NCBI GenBank assembly: GCA_040765985.1
Contig: JAXGRK010000003.1
Span: 2,581-66,580 of the forward strand
Direction of reading: 5' to 3'
Length of the DNA stretch: 64,000 nucleotides
Source of the DNA: Candidatus Dojkabacteria bacterium
GTDB lineage: Bacteria; Patescibacteriota; Dojkabacteria; SC72
The notes below the pieces were generated by a model that saw nothing but the letters and a program-made list of their open reading frames with translations, was not told the origin of the DNA and ran no database searches. Below, piece by piece: positions 1-11,711 of the stretch (the first letter of the stretch is position 1; each line of letters starts with the position of its first letter). Both the position numbers and the translations under genes were made by a program.

Positions 1-2
1 CT

Positions 3-692
3 AATACAACCTCTACTCAAATAGAAGAGTACTATTTCGTTGAACTTAAGAAACTAAACTGGGAATTTATTCAAACAGTTCCAATAGGTACACCGGACAA
101 AAAATATGGACAGTATTGGATTAAAGATGGTAAGGGATTAAGAATATATTCTAAATTCAATGATGTATGGTATGAAAGTATTACTCAAGAAGATGCAAAA
201 AGTGCATTAGCGAACTTAATTAAAGAAGAAATCGAAAGAGAGATGTTAATGGCTAGTAGTGAGAAACAAACCCTTTTACCAGATTACCCTTGGAAAATTG
301 ATATTCCAAAGGAGTACTTAATTAAATACTCTCCTACAAATATGAAGGATTTAAGAGCTGTATCATTTCAAAAGATAGGAAGTACAGAAGCAGTTGAGAT
401 ATATCCTGTAGGTAAATGGAAATCTAAAGAATTAGACTTCTTTTTAACAGATTACTGTAATCTTAAAAGTACAGAAGAATTAATATATGGTGTAATAAAT
501 AGTGTTCCAATATCCTTTAGAGATACACTGGGTCTTCAATCAACCTTGCAGAGAAACTCAGATGTTATAGATGCATATACAATTGCTAATACATATAATT
601 CTATTGTTTATGTAATTACTTCAACTCAAAGTGATTCCCCGCTGTTAAAATATTTAATAGAAAATATTAAGCCACTGGATGCTAAAGATTAG
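3..692 (+). CDS. hypothetical protein, 5' end off-window
   Basis: Frame 3 is open from base 3 to TAG at 690-692. The listed ORF 243..692 is only its Met-initiated tail. No motif recognised. Confidence 0.45.
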   Translation, partial: NTTSTQIEEYYFVELKKLNWEFIQTVPIGTPDKKYGQYWIKDGKGLRIYSKFNDVWYESITQEDAKSALANLIKEEIEREMLMASSEKQTLLPDYPWKIDIPKEYLIKYSPTNMKDLRAVSFQKIGSTEAVEIYPVGKWKSKELDFFLTDYCNLKSTEELIYGVINSVPISFRDTLGLQSTLQRNSDVIDAYTIANTYNSIVYVITSTQSDSPLLKYLIENIKPLDAKD

Positions 693-2134
693 CAACTTTA
701 TCTATAATGTTTTTACTTACTCGTTTGTTTCTAATTACTGAATATATCTCTTCATAATTTGCTTTTTTAATATCTTCAATACTACCAAATAATTTTAATA
801 ACTCTTTCTTTCTCTTTACACCAACGCCATCTATCTGATCTAAGACAGATTGTTTCTGTTCTTTAATACTTTTTTCTGTAATGTAATATTGCAAATCTAT
901 GTGCTTCATTTCTTAGATCTATCAGTATCTCCGGATTATCAATATTTATTCTTAATATCTCATTATTCTTAACTACCCAAAACTCATCTTTAATATTTCT
1001 ACCTTTCTTTTTTTAAATACTTACCCTTAGAGATACCCATAAGAAGAGTATTTGGGGGAATCAATTCAAAAACAGATGATAGTTGTCCCTTTCCACCATC
1101 AATGAGAATAATATCTGGAATCGTACTTTTATCTTTAAATCTTCTACTTAAAACCTCTTTTAACATTAAATAGTCATTTGGTAAATCTGATTCTCTTATT
1201 TTAAAAATCCTATACTCTGATCTATCTAAATTACCATCTAATGCAACTACCATGGAGCCGTAAGCGTGTTTACCTTGAATATTTGATATATCGTAACACT
1301 CTATTCTATGTAATTTAGGAATACCTAATTCCATAGCTAGGTAATTGAAACTTGTTTTTCTTGCTTTCTCTTTCTACTTTCGTAACTTTCAATATTATCG
1401 TAGTATGTAAAATCAATATCTTGTCCAATATACTTTAAATCATTGATTCTATCTCTCAATTGAGATGCCTTTTCAAACTCTTCCTCTTTAGAGTACTTAA
1501 TCATTTCCTTTTCTAATCTTTTAATATGATTCTGTTGTTTACCCGATAGGAATCTAATTATATTATTTATATTTTTCTGTAATCATCCTTGGAGATTGCC
1601 CCTGCGTAGGGACTGGACATAAACCGATATGGAAGTATAATGAGGTTTTACAATCTTTATTTTTACATGTACAAAATGGATATAGTTTCCTTAAATATGA
1701 ATATACTCTTTTAACTGTAAAACCACTTGGAAATGGTCCAAACAGTTTCCCTCTGCTATATTCACCTTTCTTAATGGTTCTTACGATTTTAACAGTAGGA
1801 AATTCACTCTTAGTATCAATATATATCCAAGCATAAGATTTATCATCTTTTAAATCCGTATTAAATGTCGGTTGATATTTCTTTACAAGTGCAGATTCTA
1901 GTATAAGGGCTTCTATCTCATTATTGGTTTCAATAATCTGAATATCAAAAATTAAAGGAATCATTTGGATAATTCTTGGTCTATCACGCAAATCTAAATG
2001 AAAATACGAAGAGACCCTTTTTTAAGAGATATTGCCTTACCAATGTACAAGATTTCTCCTTTACTGTTTAGGAATTTATAAATACCTGGGACATCAGGTA
2101 GTACATCAATTTTTTTCTGAATATTAGAATTCAT
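682..2134 (-). pseudogene. uvrC: excinuclease ABC subunit C (UvrC), frame-disrupted
   Basis: Collinear fragments. N-term MNSNIQKKIDVLPDVPGIYKF starts at the ATG at 2134. 1563..1991 carries GIY-YIG (EALILESALVKKYQPTFN). 999..1334 carries IECYDISNIQG...IILIDGGKGQL. 682..909 carries the HhH motif (GVGVKRKKELLKLFGSIEDI). About 5 frame changes; for example the T6 run at 2018-2023 needs one more base to join the frames. Confidence 0.85.
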
Positions 2135-2158
2135 AGTATATTATACCCTAGAAACGCC

Positions 2159-5100
2159 TCAACCACCCTTTGTTTCACCATTCATCTCTATTTTCTTTTC
2201 TAACAGTACACTTTTACTTTCATCTCCGTTATTAACGATAATTCTTACTTGAGTATCTCCTTGAGAAGAATTTATATACTGTTTTAAATCTTTAATATCA
2301 TTTTCACTATGTTTAGCTCTAATTCTGAAAGTAACACCCTCAAAATCATCTCCATATTTAGATTCATCTACATATTGACCTTTTTCCATAATTAAACCTT
2401 ATCATCATTTTTTAATGAAATTTTAGTAGCTATTAGCATTGGTTTGCCCTCTTCTAATTGATCTTTAATGACTTGGTAGGTTCTTGGAAACACTATTACA
2501 TCATGTAAACCAGATTTGTCTTCAATATTTAAAAAAGCCATCATTTCACCTTTACGTGTAGTAATTTTTCTAATTTTGTTTACCATTACACCTAATACAA
2601 CTAACTGATTATTTTTCATTTCCAAAGCTTCTTTAATGGGTTTTACTTTCTTAGATTCAAAAAATAGCTCTAAATTATCTAAAGGATGACTAGAAAAATA
2701 TATACCCAAAAGATCTTTTTCCCATTGTAAAACTTGATATTTTGGAGCTTTCTCAATATTAGGAAGGGGAGTGGATTGTGAATTTGTTCCAACCCCTGAT
2801 ATATTATCCCCTAATGAAAATATATCTATTTGGCCAATATCTATTGAGGATCTGCTCTTCTTTTCTCTATCAAAAATATTTGGAAAGATATTTAATAAAC
2901 CATTTCTTTCACCAAATTCATCCATTGTGCCTGACATAATTAAATATTCAATCACTCTCTTTTGAATACCTCTTCTGTACATTCTACTCACAAAATCATC
3001 AAGTGAAAGAAAATCTCCATTGTCTTTTCTTTCATCTACAATAGATTTAACAATATCACTACCGATATTTTTAATACCCCCTAATCCAAAACGAATACCA
3101 CTATCTCCCTCAATAGTGAAGTAAAAATTTACTTTTATTGATAGTTGGAGGTAAAACTTCAATACCAAGACGTTCACATTCGTTTAAATCTTTTATTACC
3201 TTATCAAAGTTATCCAAATCTCCTTCAAGTAAAGCCGCCATGAACTCTAATGGGTAATGGGCTTTAAGATATGCAGTCCAGTAAGCAATGGTAGCGTAAG
3301 AAGCACTATGTGCTTTATTAAATCCGTAGTTAGCAAACTGTATTAGTTTGTTCCATAGTCTTTCGGTTTCTTTAACATCATAGCCATTCTTTTTAGCACC
3401 TGCTAAAAATTTCGGCTTCTCTTTATCCATGATCTCCATTTTCTTTTTCCCCATCGCTCTTCTTAAAAGATCTGCAGCCCCCAGTGTATATCCAGCAACT
3501 ACTTGAGCAATTTTCATTACCTGCTCTTGATATGTAATTACACCGTAAGTAATAGATAATACGGGCTCTAATTCTTTAAATACATAATCGGTTCCTGTTT
3601 CCATGTTTAACAGCAACATATTCTGAAATATATTGCATAGGACCCGGTCTGTAAGCAGCTAATAGATAGCAGATATCCTCTTGGGATTGGGGTTTTAATG
3701 TTTTAATAGATCGTCTCATCCCCTCACTTTCCATTTGGAAGATTCCTACAGTATGACCACTTTGTATTACATCGTAAGTTTCTTTATCATTAGGGTCTAA
3801 TTTAAGTAAATCTAAATCTATTCCTTTATTTACTTTAATTTTAGTAACTGCCTCCCCTATTACATTAAGATTTCTTAAACCGAGAAAATCAAACTTCATT
3901 AACCCTACATACTCAATATCACTCATTTCAAATTGAGTCATACCTATTCCACCTCCATGTGCATCCCTTTGTATTGAACAGTAATTAATTACGGGTTCAG
4001 GAGTGACAATAATTCCACAGGCATGAGTAGATACCCCTCTACATATTCCAGATACTTTCCTTACAATTTCAGCTAATTTTTAGTAGTTTCAGTGGAATTA
4101 ATTATTTCAGCGAACTCAGGATTATGTTCAATCATGTAATCAATATCTTTAGATTTTCCAAACAGTATCTCTACCATCTTAGCCAACTTATCTGTTGTAG
4201 AAAGCTCTATTCCAAGTACTCTACCAACATCCTTAATCGCTTGTCTTGTTTGTAATTTACTAAAAGTTCCTATCTGCTTAACATTCTCTATCCCATACTT
4301 TTCAATTGTGTATTTTAATAATTCATCTCTTCTTGCATCGGCTATATCTATATCAAAATCAGGAGGAGAATCTCTTCAGGATTTAAGAACCTTTCGAAAT
4401 ACAATTCCCAACCAATTGGTTCAATATTTGTAATATCTACACAGTAGGCAACAACAGAGCCACATCCAGAGCCCCTCATTCCAACTACAATACCGTTATT
4501 TATACAAAAAAGAACAAAGTCTCTAACAACTAAGAAGTAATCGTTATACATCTTAGAATCAATTATTTCCAATTCATAATTAATCCTATCTTTTAACTCC
4601 TTAGTTAACTTACCATATTTCTTCTTGGCTCCTTGTAAGGTTAGTTTTCTAAGGTAAGTTGCTGATGTTTCATCCTTTGGTAAATCTAAATAGTGGGGCT
4701 CAACTCTACTATATGTAATATCAAAATCCTCAATACTTTCAGTAATCTTTTGTGTATTCTCAATTGCCTCAGGTATATCTAAGAAAAGTTCTTCCATCTC
4801 TTTAGGAGTTTTAACATAGAATTCGTTTGTAGGCATTCTTCTCCTTTGAGGATCATCCCAGAGTTTTCCATCATTAATACACCAAAGAATCTCTTGTATA
4901 TCTGCATCCTCTCTATTTAGATAGTGAGAGTCACATGTCGCAACTAATGGTAGTTTTAATTCTTTAGATATTTTAATTAATCCTTCATTTACAATTACTT
5001 GTTCCTCCATTCCATTTCTTTGATTTCGATATAGAAGTTGTTTTTAAACATATTAGAATATATCTTTGCACTCTCAAGTGCCTTGTTAAAATCTCCATTT

Positions 5101-5536
5101 AAAAGTGGTGTAGAAATTGGGCCTGCTAAACATGCAGAAAGGGCTATTATGCCATCTGTATATTTTGAGAGAGTATCTATATCAATCCTAGGTCTGTAGT
5201 AGAAGCCCTCCATATGTGCAATAGAGACAATTTTTACAAGATTTTTATATCCCTGTAAATTTTTAGCTAGTAATACTAAATGAAAATATTTGTTATCTAT
5301 ACCAAAATCTTTTTGATCCATCCCTCTTGGTGCAATGTATATTTCACATCCCAATATCGGTTTAAGCCCTGCCTCTTTCATTGCATTTTTGAATTTAAGA
5401 GCTCCATACATACTCCCATGATCTGTTAGTGCACAAGAATTCATACCACTTTTTGAAGTTTTTCTACTAATTGAGGCAATCTAATTGTTGCATCCAGCAG
5501 AGAGTACTCTGTGTGCAGATGTAAATGTGTAAACAT
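2159..5536 (-). pseudogene. dnaE: DNA polymerase III alpha subunit (DnaE), frame-disrupted
   Basis: The PHP start MFTHLHLHTEYSLLDA begins at the ATG at 5536. Fragments 4995..5444, 4348..5010, 3576..3941, 3110..3619, 2392..3177 and 2159..2389 follow in Pol III alpha order but in different frames (at least 7 breaks). Confidence 0.9.
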
Positions 5537-5600
5537 AAATTCAATAGCTCATCTAGTTCTGATATACTAGATTAATATGGATGGTATATATTTATCAAGT

Positions 5601-6301
5601 ATGAAGCAAAAGTAGGTCCTAGAAAGAGTTTTTTAAACTCTAATATATTTCGGATACCTCTATTTATCATTTTCTCTGCAGTATATTTTCTAGTAATATC
5701 ACCTATGTTTGAAGATTTAATCTCTAACTCTGTATTAAATAGCGTTAGAGAGAATAGACAAGTTACACTTAATTACTTAACCCCTCTATATGGCCAAAAA
5801 ATATATACTAGTGAATATTCAATAAATACATTTTGGATTCTGAATTAACAAAAAATTCGGTATCTAAAACAGATATTAAAACAGAAGATGCACGAGTAAT
5901 TGTTATGCAAAAGTTTCTTTTTGAATACAACTCCCCTATGTATCCATACTCTAAAACATTTATTATAGAAGCAGATAAATACAACTTAGATTGGAGACTG
6001 GTAGCTTCAATTTCTGGCGTAGAATCTGCATTCGGAAACATTGTACCAAGAGGAACACATAACGCATGGGGATGGAGAGGTATTAACAAAAATCCAGAGG
6101 GCTGGAGTCAATTTGAAACCTGGAATGCAGGAATTGCAGAAGTAACTAGAGGATTGGCTCAAGGGTATGGTATAACATTAACACCTTACCAAATTGAACA
6201 GTACTACTGTCCTCTGTAAGGCAAATCCTGCACACACTTGGGCAAATGGTGTATCTAGGTTTATGGCTGAATTAAAATACTATTTAGATAACCTTTATTA
6301 G
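5601..6301 (+). pseudogene. membrane-anchored lytic transglycosylase-like (SLT_2/lysozyme-like) protein, frame-disrupted
   Basis: MKQK then VGPRKSFLNSNIFRIPLFIIFSAVYFLVISP (TM) is restored if the A4 run at 5608-5611 were A5. The core 5833..6219 has LDWRLVASISGVESAFG (MltB-like ES motif). The tail WANGVSRFMAELKYYLDNLY lies in another frame and ends at 6301. Confidence 0.5.
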
Positions 6302-6310
6302 ACATTAAGT

Positions 6311-6598
6311 ATGGGATTGATTTTTAAAATACTGTACATATTTGTTTCATTTATTGAAACTATCATTATATTTAGAATAGTGATGTCTTTAATAGGGGCT
6401 GACCAATCTCACAACTTCGTTAATTGGGTATACAGTATCTCTGATATTGTCATTTCACCATTTGAGGGAATGACCGCTAAAGAAATATACCTTAACAAGT
6501 TTAGAATAGAATTAACACCAATAATTGCTTTAGTATTTTTTTCAATTACTGGATTTATACTATCCGAGTTATCTAAAAGTATTAACAAGACAGAATAA
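6311..6598 (+). CDS. YggT family membrane protein
   Basis: Intact 95-aa ORF with two TM segments and the YggT-like pattern IIIFRIVMSLIG...VYSISDIVISPF. Confidence 0.7.
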   Translation: MGLIFKILYIFVSFIETIIIFRIVMSLIGADQSHNFVNWVYSISDIVISPFEGMTAKEIYLNKFRIELTPIIALVFFSITGFILSELSKSINKTE

Positions 6599-6620
6599 TT
6601 CATATATGGTATAATTTGCC

Positions 6621-7350
6621 ATGGCAAAGATTGATTTAAAGCAATCCAGTGGATTGCCTATTTTTTACAGTGGAGAGGACCTCATGCCCCAAGGACTATC
6701 AATATTAAGTACATCTACAGTATGTATAGATAATATTCGCTCTCAATTACTTAATAAGGATTTAAACTGTCCTCAAGTATTCTATAAAAATATAAAGGAT
6801 TAGATAAGGATAATGTTTTTAAAAGTAAAAATATTAAAATCAATATGTATTTAATATTTCCTAATCTAGCTGGTATTGAATATACAAAAACATTTGCAAC
6901 AAGATCTAAAAGATATCCAAGAATTTTAGAAATAACTTACGGTGGTGGAATTGTCCTTATTCAAAAATATGATTCTCCAATAAATAACAGAGTTATTAAA
7001 TTTTTAATTAAAAAAGGAGAAAAATAATAGTACCTCCCGGATATACCTGTACAATCATTAACTCAAGACAAAATTCCAATTTAATAGTTTTAGAATTACA
7101 TTCCAAAGAAGCAAAGCCAAGAATTGTTCTTGATGATAGGGGGAATGTCCTATTATATTATTAGAAAGAATGCAAAACAGAAACAGTTAGAAATCCTGAG
7201 TACAAAATTGTTCATGATCCTGAGAAAATAAACATTAAAGCAATTCTCTCAAAATATGGGGTACGAAATACAACCCCTATTGTTAAACAAATAATGAGAA
7301 ATTATGAGAAATTTAAATGGCTTTTTGAAAAAGATTCTATTGATATTTAG
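6621..7350 (+). pseudogene. cupin-type (archaeal-like) glucose-6-phosphate isomerase family protein, frame-disrupted, metal ligands absent
   Basis: Fragments 6621..6803 and 6845..7027, then IIVPPGYTCTIINSRQNSNLIVLELHS and TVRNPEYK, are collinear with my recollection of Pyrococcus cPGI. The 3' end is uncertain. Confidence 0.35.
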
Positions 7351-9180
7351 TATTCTTCTCTTAGTAGTTCCATTTTTCTTTCATACCGAAATATTTGCCC
7401 AAACTGATATTAAAGCAACCTCCTCATTTCATCATACTTGGGATGGAGAAATTTTAAACACAACAATATATATTACGCTCTCTACAAACTCATCACCCTC
7501 TGTTGTAACCTTTTACACAATCACAATACCTGCAGAACAAATTACTCCTGAAATATTTTCAATAAATAGAAACAAAGAATTGGAACCCACTATACACAGA
7601 GATGTTAACGAGACTTCGCTAGTTATAGATTTGGATAAAACACCAATATCAATAGATAAACCAATAGTATTAAAAATCACATATAATACTGATTTAACAG
7701 GAAGTTCTCTTTCATTACTTTCTTCGGTTACTGATACACAAACTAAAGAGTTCTCTCTAACTTATCCTTCTTCAAAGGGAAATGTGTCATGGAGTTCTGC
7801 CTCTATAACTAATACAGAGGAAAAAGAAAAAATATAAGAATTGATACTAATCTCCTAATAGTAATTATGTAAAAATCACATTTGGTTCTGATATAGTATA
7901 TAAATATGAAATTAACAAAACTATTTCAAACCTTGAAGATGAAGTACGATTATCTGAAGTACTTTTACCTACAAACAATAACTACCAACATGTCTTAATA
8001 GAATCAATAACTCCACAGCAAGACAAAGCGTATAAAGATATAGATGGAAATTATATCCTTCAATACTCAATAGCTCCTCAAAGTAGTATATCAATCAATA
8101 TTAAAGGATATATCTTTATGAGAAGCTCGATCAATGCACAAACTAATCAACCTCAATTAGAGGACATATCACTTTGGAGAATAAATAATACATCACTTAT
8201 TAGACATCTCTATAAATCACTTAATAATCTTGGATTAGATATTTCAGATACATTTACAGATATTAAAGATTTACAAAACGAAAAAGATAGAGAGCTACTA
8301 TATGAAGGTATATATAAATATGTTATTGATAACTTAGAACCAAATACCCAATCAATGGGTTCACTGTCTGGAACAGAGCGATTAGGAGGACATACTCATT
8401 AAACAAGGTATGGCAACTAATGAGGATTACATCGACTCCATAATATCGCTATACAGGCACTTTAACATCCCTGCCAGATTTGTAATTGGATATATAACAG
8501 GAATATCAAATTATGACTCTAATGGAATATATCATTACTGGGGAGAATACTATGACGAAGATAAAAATACTTGGATAATAGTTGAACCCTTTTTTGAAGA
8601 TTACTCTAAATCACCCCTCTATAAAACAGATATGAAAGAACATGTAACGCTCATATATAGATCTTCTAACCCGTATTCTCCGAAATTAAACTTTTTTTCA
8701 GAAGAAGATTTTAAAATTGAACTTGTTAATGATATTCCTGAGATAAATAATGATTTAAAATTAGATCTAATATTACAACCTTTTAACCTTTCAGACCCAT
8801 ATTTAGTCGGATATATCAGTATTGAAAACAAAGGAAATACCATTATTGATAATATTGAGATATCAAAATCCAAACCGGATTTAACAAAATATATAGACTA
8901 TATCGATAATAATAGTCAAATAATACTTCTCCCCAATGAAACATACGACATTAAATTTAATATCCCATATAAGGATATTGAAGATACCCTATTTGCTGTT
9001 GTAGATGTCCTTAGTGGGACTGAGGAAATTAAGAATAGCTATGTAGAAGAAAACATTGAAATATTAAATGATCAAAAAAATTTAAATACCTTTTCTAAAT
9101 TACTCTCAGTTTTTCTCTATGTGCTAATTTCAATACCTATTTATTTTTTATCCAAAAAAGTAAAATTTAAAAATGGATAA
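7304..9180 (+). pseudogene. secreted transglutaminase-like domain protein with C-terminal TM anchor, frame-disrupted
   Basis: Signal peptide at 7304. Fragments 7304..7837, about 7868..8402 and 8410..9180. The core QGMATNEDYIDSIISLYRHFNIPARFVIGY...HYWGEYY...WIIVEPF matches the transglutaminase-like G-x-C / H / D pattern, with Cys to Ala and Asp to Glu. Confidence 0.5.
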
Positions 9181-9589
9181 TCAAGTACTCTTTACAATTA
9201 TTACTCTCGCTTTAATAAGTATTCTTTTTTTAATTGCATACATAAACAGTAAAAAGATACCAGAGAGAAAAAGAGAAAAAATACTTTCGAAATTAGAAGA
9301 GATAGAAAGCCAAAGCAAAAGTGTAGAAGGATATGCTAGAAGAGATGCCGTAATCAAACTAGATAACTTACTTAATAAAGCTTTTAATATAAGATACGGA
9401 AATGATATAACAGTAGGAGAGAATCTTAAAAAAGCCAAAGGGCTATACGATAAAACACTCTATCAACAAATCTGGGATGTTCATAAAATTAGAAATGAAG
9501 TAGTACATAAGGATAGAGAGATATCTTTGCCTGAATCAGAAGATATATACAGAATATATAAATTAGGAATAAGACATGTATTAAAATGA
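9173..9589 (+). CDS. hypothetical N-terminally membrane-anchored protein
   Basis: Intact 138-aa ORF with an N-terminal TM segment. Overlaps the upstream gene by 8 nt, and its TGA overlaps the next ATG (ATGA at 9586-9589). Confidence 0.5.
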   Translation: MDNQVLFTIITLALISILFLIAYINSKKIPERKREKILSKLEEIESQSKSVEGYARRDAVIKLDNLLNKAFNIRYGNDITVGENLKKAKGLYDKTLYQQIWDVHKIRNEVVHKDREISLPESEDIYRIYKLGIRHVLK

Positions 9590-10223
9590 ATAGAATAATA
9601 TTAACTTTCTTTTTTTAACCCTATCTTTTACATTCATCTTAGCCCAGGAAGATGTACTTATAGACCAAAATCAAAATACATTGGAAGTTACTAGCGAATC
9701 TGAAATTGAACAGTTAGAAAACAATAATGATGAGAGTACATCTAAAAGTAGTAACAATTACTTTGACCTTGAACTAATTAGAGGATCACAAAACCCTATT
9801 ACAAAAAATATTCCTTTTAAGGTAATCATTACCCCTAAAATTAGTTCTCCAAAAACTCAGATAATATGGAATACTTCATCTGTATTTACCTTAGAAAAAG
9901 ACCATCCTGAATTTGTATCTTTAAGTAAAGATCAAACATATACCTACTCAGTTACATTAAAACCCCAGAAAGAGGGTACTTATCACATTTCAACAAATGT
10001 TGTATCTTGGCAATTTGATTCAAATAAATCGGCCAGTGTTGGATATAATATAACTTTGAATAAATCGCTTGTAGTACAACCTGTAGACACCTTCTACATT
10101 GTATTTCTAGTACTCTTTATCTTAGCAATAGTAGCCATAGCTGGCTTAGCAGTATTTTTAATAAAGAAATCTATAAATATTCTTACTAAGAAAGTAAAAA
10201 TCTGGTTAACTCCACCTATTTAA
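9586..10223 (+). pseudogene. secreted protein with C-terminal TM anchor, single frame break in a T7 run
   Basis: ATG at 9586 gives MNRIILTFFF and then a stop. If the T7 run at 9610-9616 were T8, it reads LTLSFTFILAQEDVLIDQNQNTLEVTSESE, continuous with ORF 9681..10223. Confidence 0.5.
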
Positions 10224-10514
10224 GAATATTAGTAATATTTCTTAAACTCTTACTTATTTCTTCCTGTTTAATCTCAATCTTTTGTAATTCTTCTTTTACA
10301 AGAACTTCTTTTGAAGAAGATATGAAATACTCTATTGGTTTATCTAATATCTCAGAAATCTTAATCAAAAGATCTAAATTTGGATACGATCTGGAAGATT
10401 CATAACTACTTATTGTTTTATCTGAAAGTCCAAGAGCAAGACCCAAGCCCTTTGGGAAATATTTTTTTGATTTCTAGCATTTTTTAATCTAGATCCGAAA
10501 TCTTTAATATTCAT
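10216..10514 (-). pseudogene. XRE-family helix-turn-helix transcriptional regulator, one frame break
   Basis: MNIKDFGSRLKNARNQKNISQR joins LGLALGLSDKTISSYESSRSYPNLDLL (HTH_3 pattern) after a 1-nt deficit near 10445. Confidence 0.6.
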
Positions 10515-10515
10515 T

Positions 10516-11064
10516 CTATTTAAAAAGTAAATTGATTAATTCCAAGAGAGATTCTTTAAAAGTTTTATCCTTTCTTTTTATTAAATCCCTTTTATCAATC
10601 TCGTATAGATCAAACCCCTCTTCATATCTAGCACTTTGAGTTGGAAAATCATAAGGATTTGTTTTTGTCTCACGTAACTCTTTTATTAAAAGATTGCTTT
10701 CGTTTAATAGTTTTTGTGATTGTGCAATCTCATTATTCACATCTTCTAATTTCTGTTGAAGTTTTCTTTCCGAAACCTTTGTGTTTTTTAATTCATTAGC
10801 AATGCCTGGAAGCTCAAGAGCATTTTTAATTATCTCCTTATGTTCATCTGATTTTAGAAGTTTAATCCTAATAGCATCTTCTTTTAAAACACCGTATTTA
10901 TAGTAAGCAAGCTCTCTACTACTAGGTTTTCTACCCAATACTTCGTTAAAAATCTGTTCAATCATTGAAAGTCGATCTGTATTAGAAACGGCAGAAGAAG
11001 GGAACCCACCTCCTTTGCTAAACTCATCTGTAGTATCTTTAAAAAACTGCTCACCAATTAACAT
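10516..11064 (-). CDS. DUF4214-like / coiled-coil protein
   Basis: The listed ORF 10516..11154 runs into the tRNA-Gly gene, so the start is more plausibly MLIGEQFF at 11064. EQIFNEVLGRKPSSRELAYY resembles DUF4214. C-terminal coiled coil. Ends 1 nt before the XRE gene start. Confidence 0.4.
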   Translation of the reverse strand: MLIGEQFFKDTTDEFSKGGGFPSSAVSNTDRLSMIEQIFNEVLGRKPSSRELAYYKYGVLKEDAIRIKLLKSDEHKEIIKNALELPGIANELKNTKVSERKLQQKLEDVNNEIAQSQKLLNESNLLIKELRETKTNPYDFPTQSARYEEGFDLYEIDKRDLIKRKDKTFKESLLELINLLFK

Positions 11065-11104
11065 GCCCAGATTATACAGCAAATATGGTGGAAAATCAGC
11101 AATA

Positions 11105-11177
11105 AGCGGGAGACGGGACTCGAACCCGCAACCCTCTGTTTGGAAAACAGACATTCTAACCGTTGAACTACTCCCGC
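11105..11177 (-). tRNA. tRNA-Gly (anticodon UCC)
   Basis: Reverse complement GCGGGAG TA GTTC..GAAT G TCTGT TTTCCAA ACAGA ... GCGGG TTCGAGT CCCGT CTCCCGC T. Clean cloverleaf. Confidence 0.9.
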
Positions 11178-11196
11178 AGTAAATCTATTTTACTCT

Positions 11197-11625
11197 TTAC
11201 TCTTTCTGAGCAACAACTTCCTGGTCTTCTTCTGGTTCTCCTTCACTAGGAACTTCTACCTCATCAGTTTCATATATGTTTTTAACATTGGAAACCTTAA
11301 GAGCTCTCTTACCTACTCTCTCTCTTAAAAAGAATAGCTTTGATTTATTAACAGTTCCTCTTTTAATTACTTCAATTTTTTCTAGCATTGTAGAATACAA
11401 AGGTATGATTTTTTCAACACCTACTCCGTAAGATATCTTTCTAACTGTAACAGTTTTACTTAAGCCAACACCCTTGATACCGATAATGACACCCTGGAAA
11501 ACCTGTACCCTCTCTTTATTACCTTCTTTAATTTTAAGGTGCATTTTAACAGTATCTCCAACTTTAATATTTGGTCTTTTTTTGTATTGCTCTTTTTCAA
11601 TTGATTCTAATATCTTGTTATCCAT
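11197..11625 (-). CDS. rplS: 50S ribosomal protein L19 with acidic C-terminal tail
   Basis: KVGDTVKMHLKIKEGNKERVQVFQGVIIGIKG...TVRKISYGVGVEKIIPLYS is the L19 signature. Confidence 0.9.
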   Translation of the reverse strand: MDNKILESIEKEQYKKRPNIKVGDTVKMHLKIKEGNKERVQVFQGVIIGIKGVGLSKTVTVRKISYGVGVEKIIPLYSTMLEKIEVIKRGTVNKSKLFFLRERVGKRALKVSNVKNIYETDEVEVPSEGEPEEDQEVVAQKE

Positions 11626-11711
11626 GATAATCTTAGTATATATAATTAAATTCGTTTCGTATTATAGAATAAAATTCTAAAATATGCCACAATGTATAAA
11701 GAAAAACTGCC

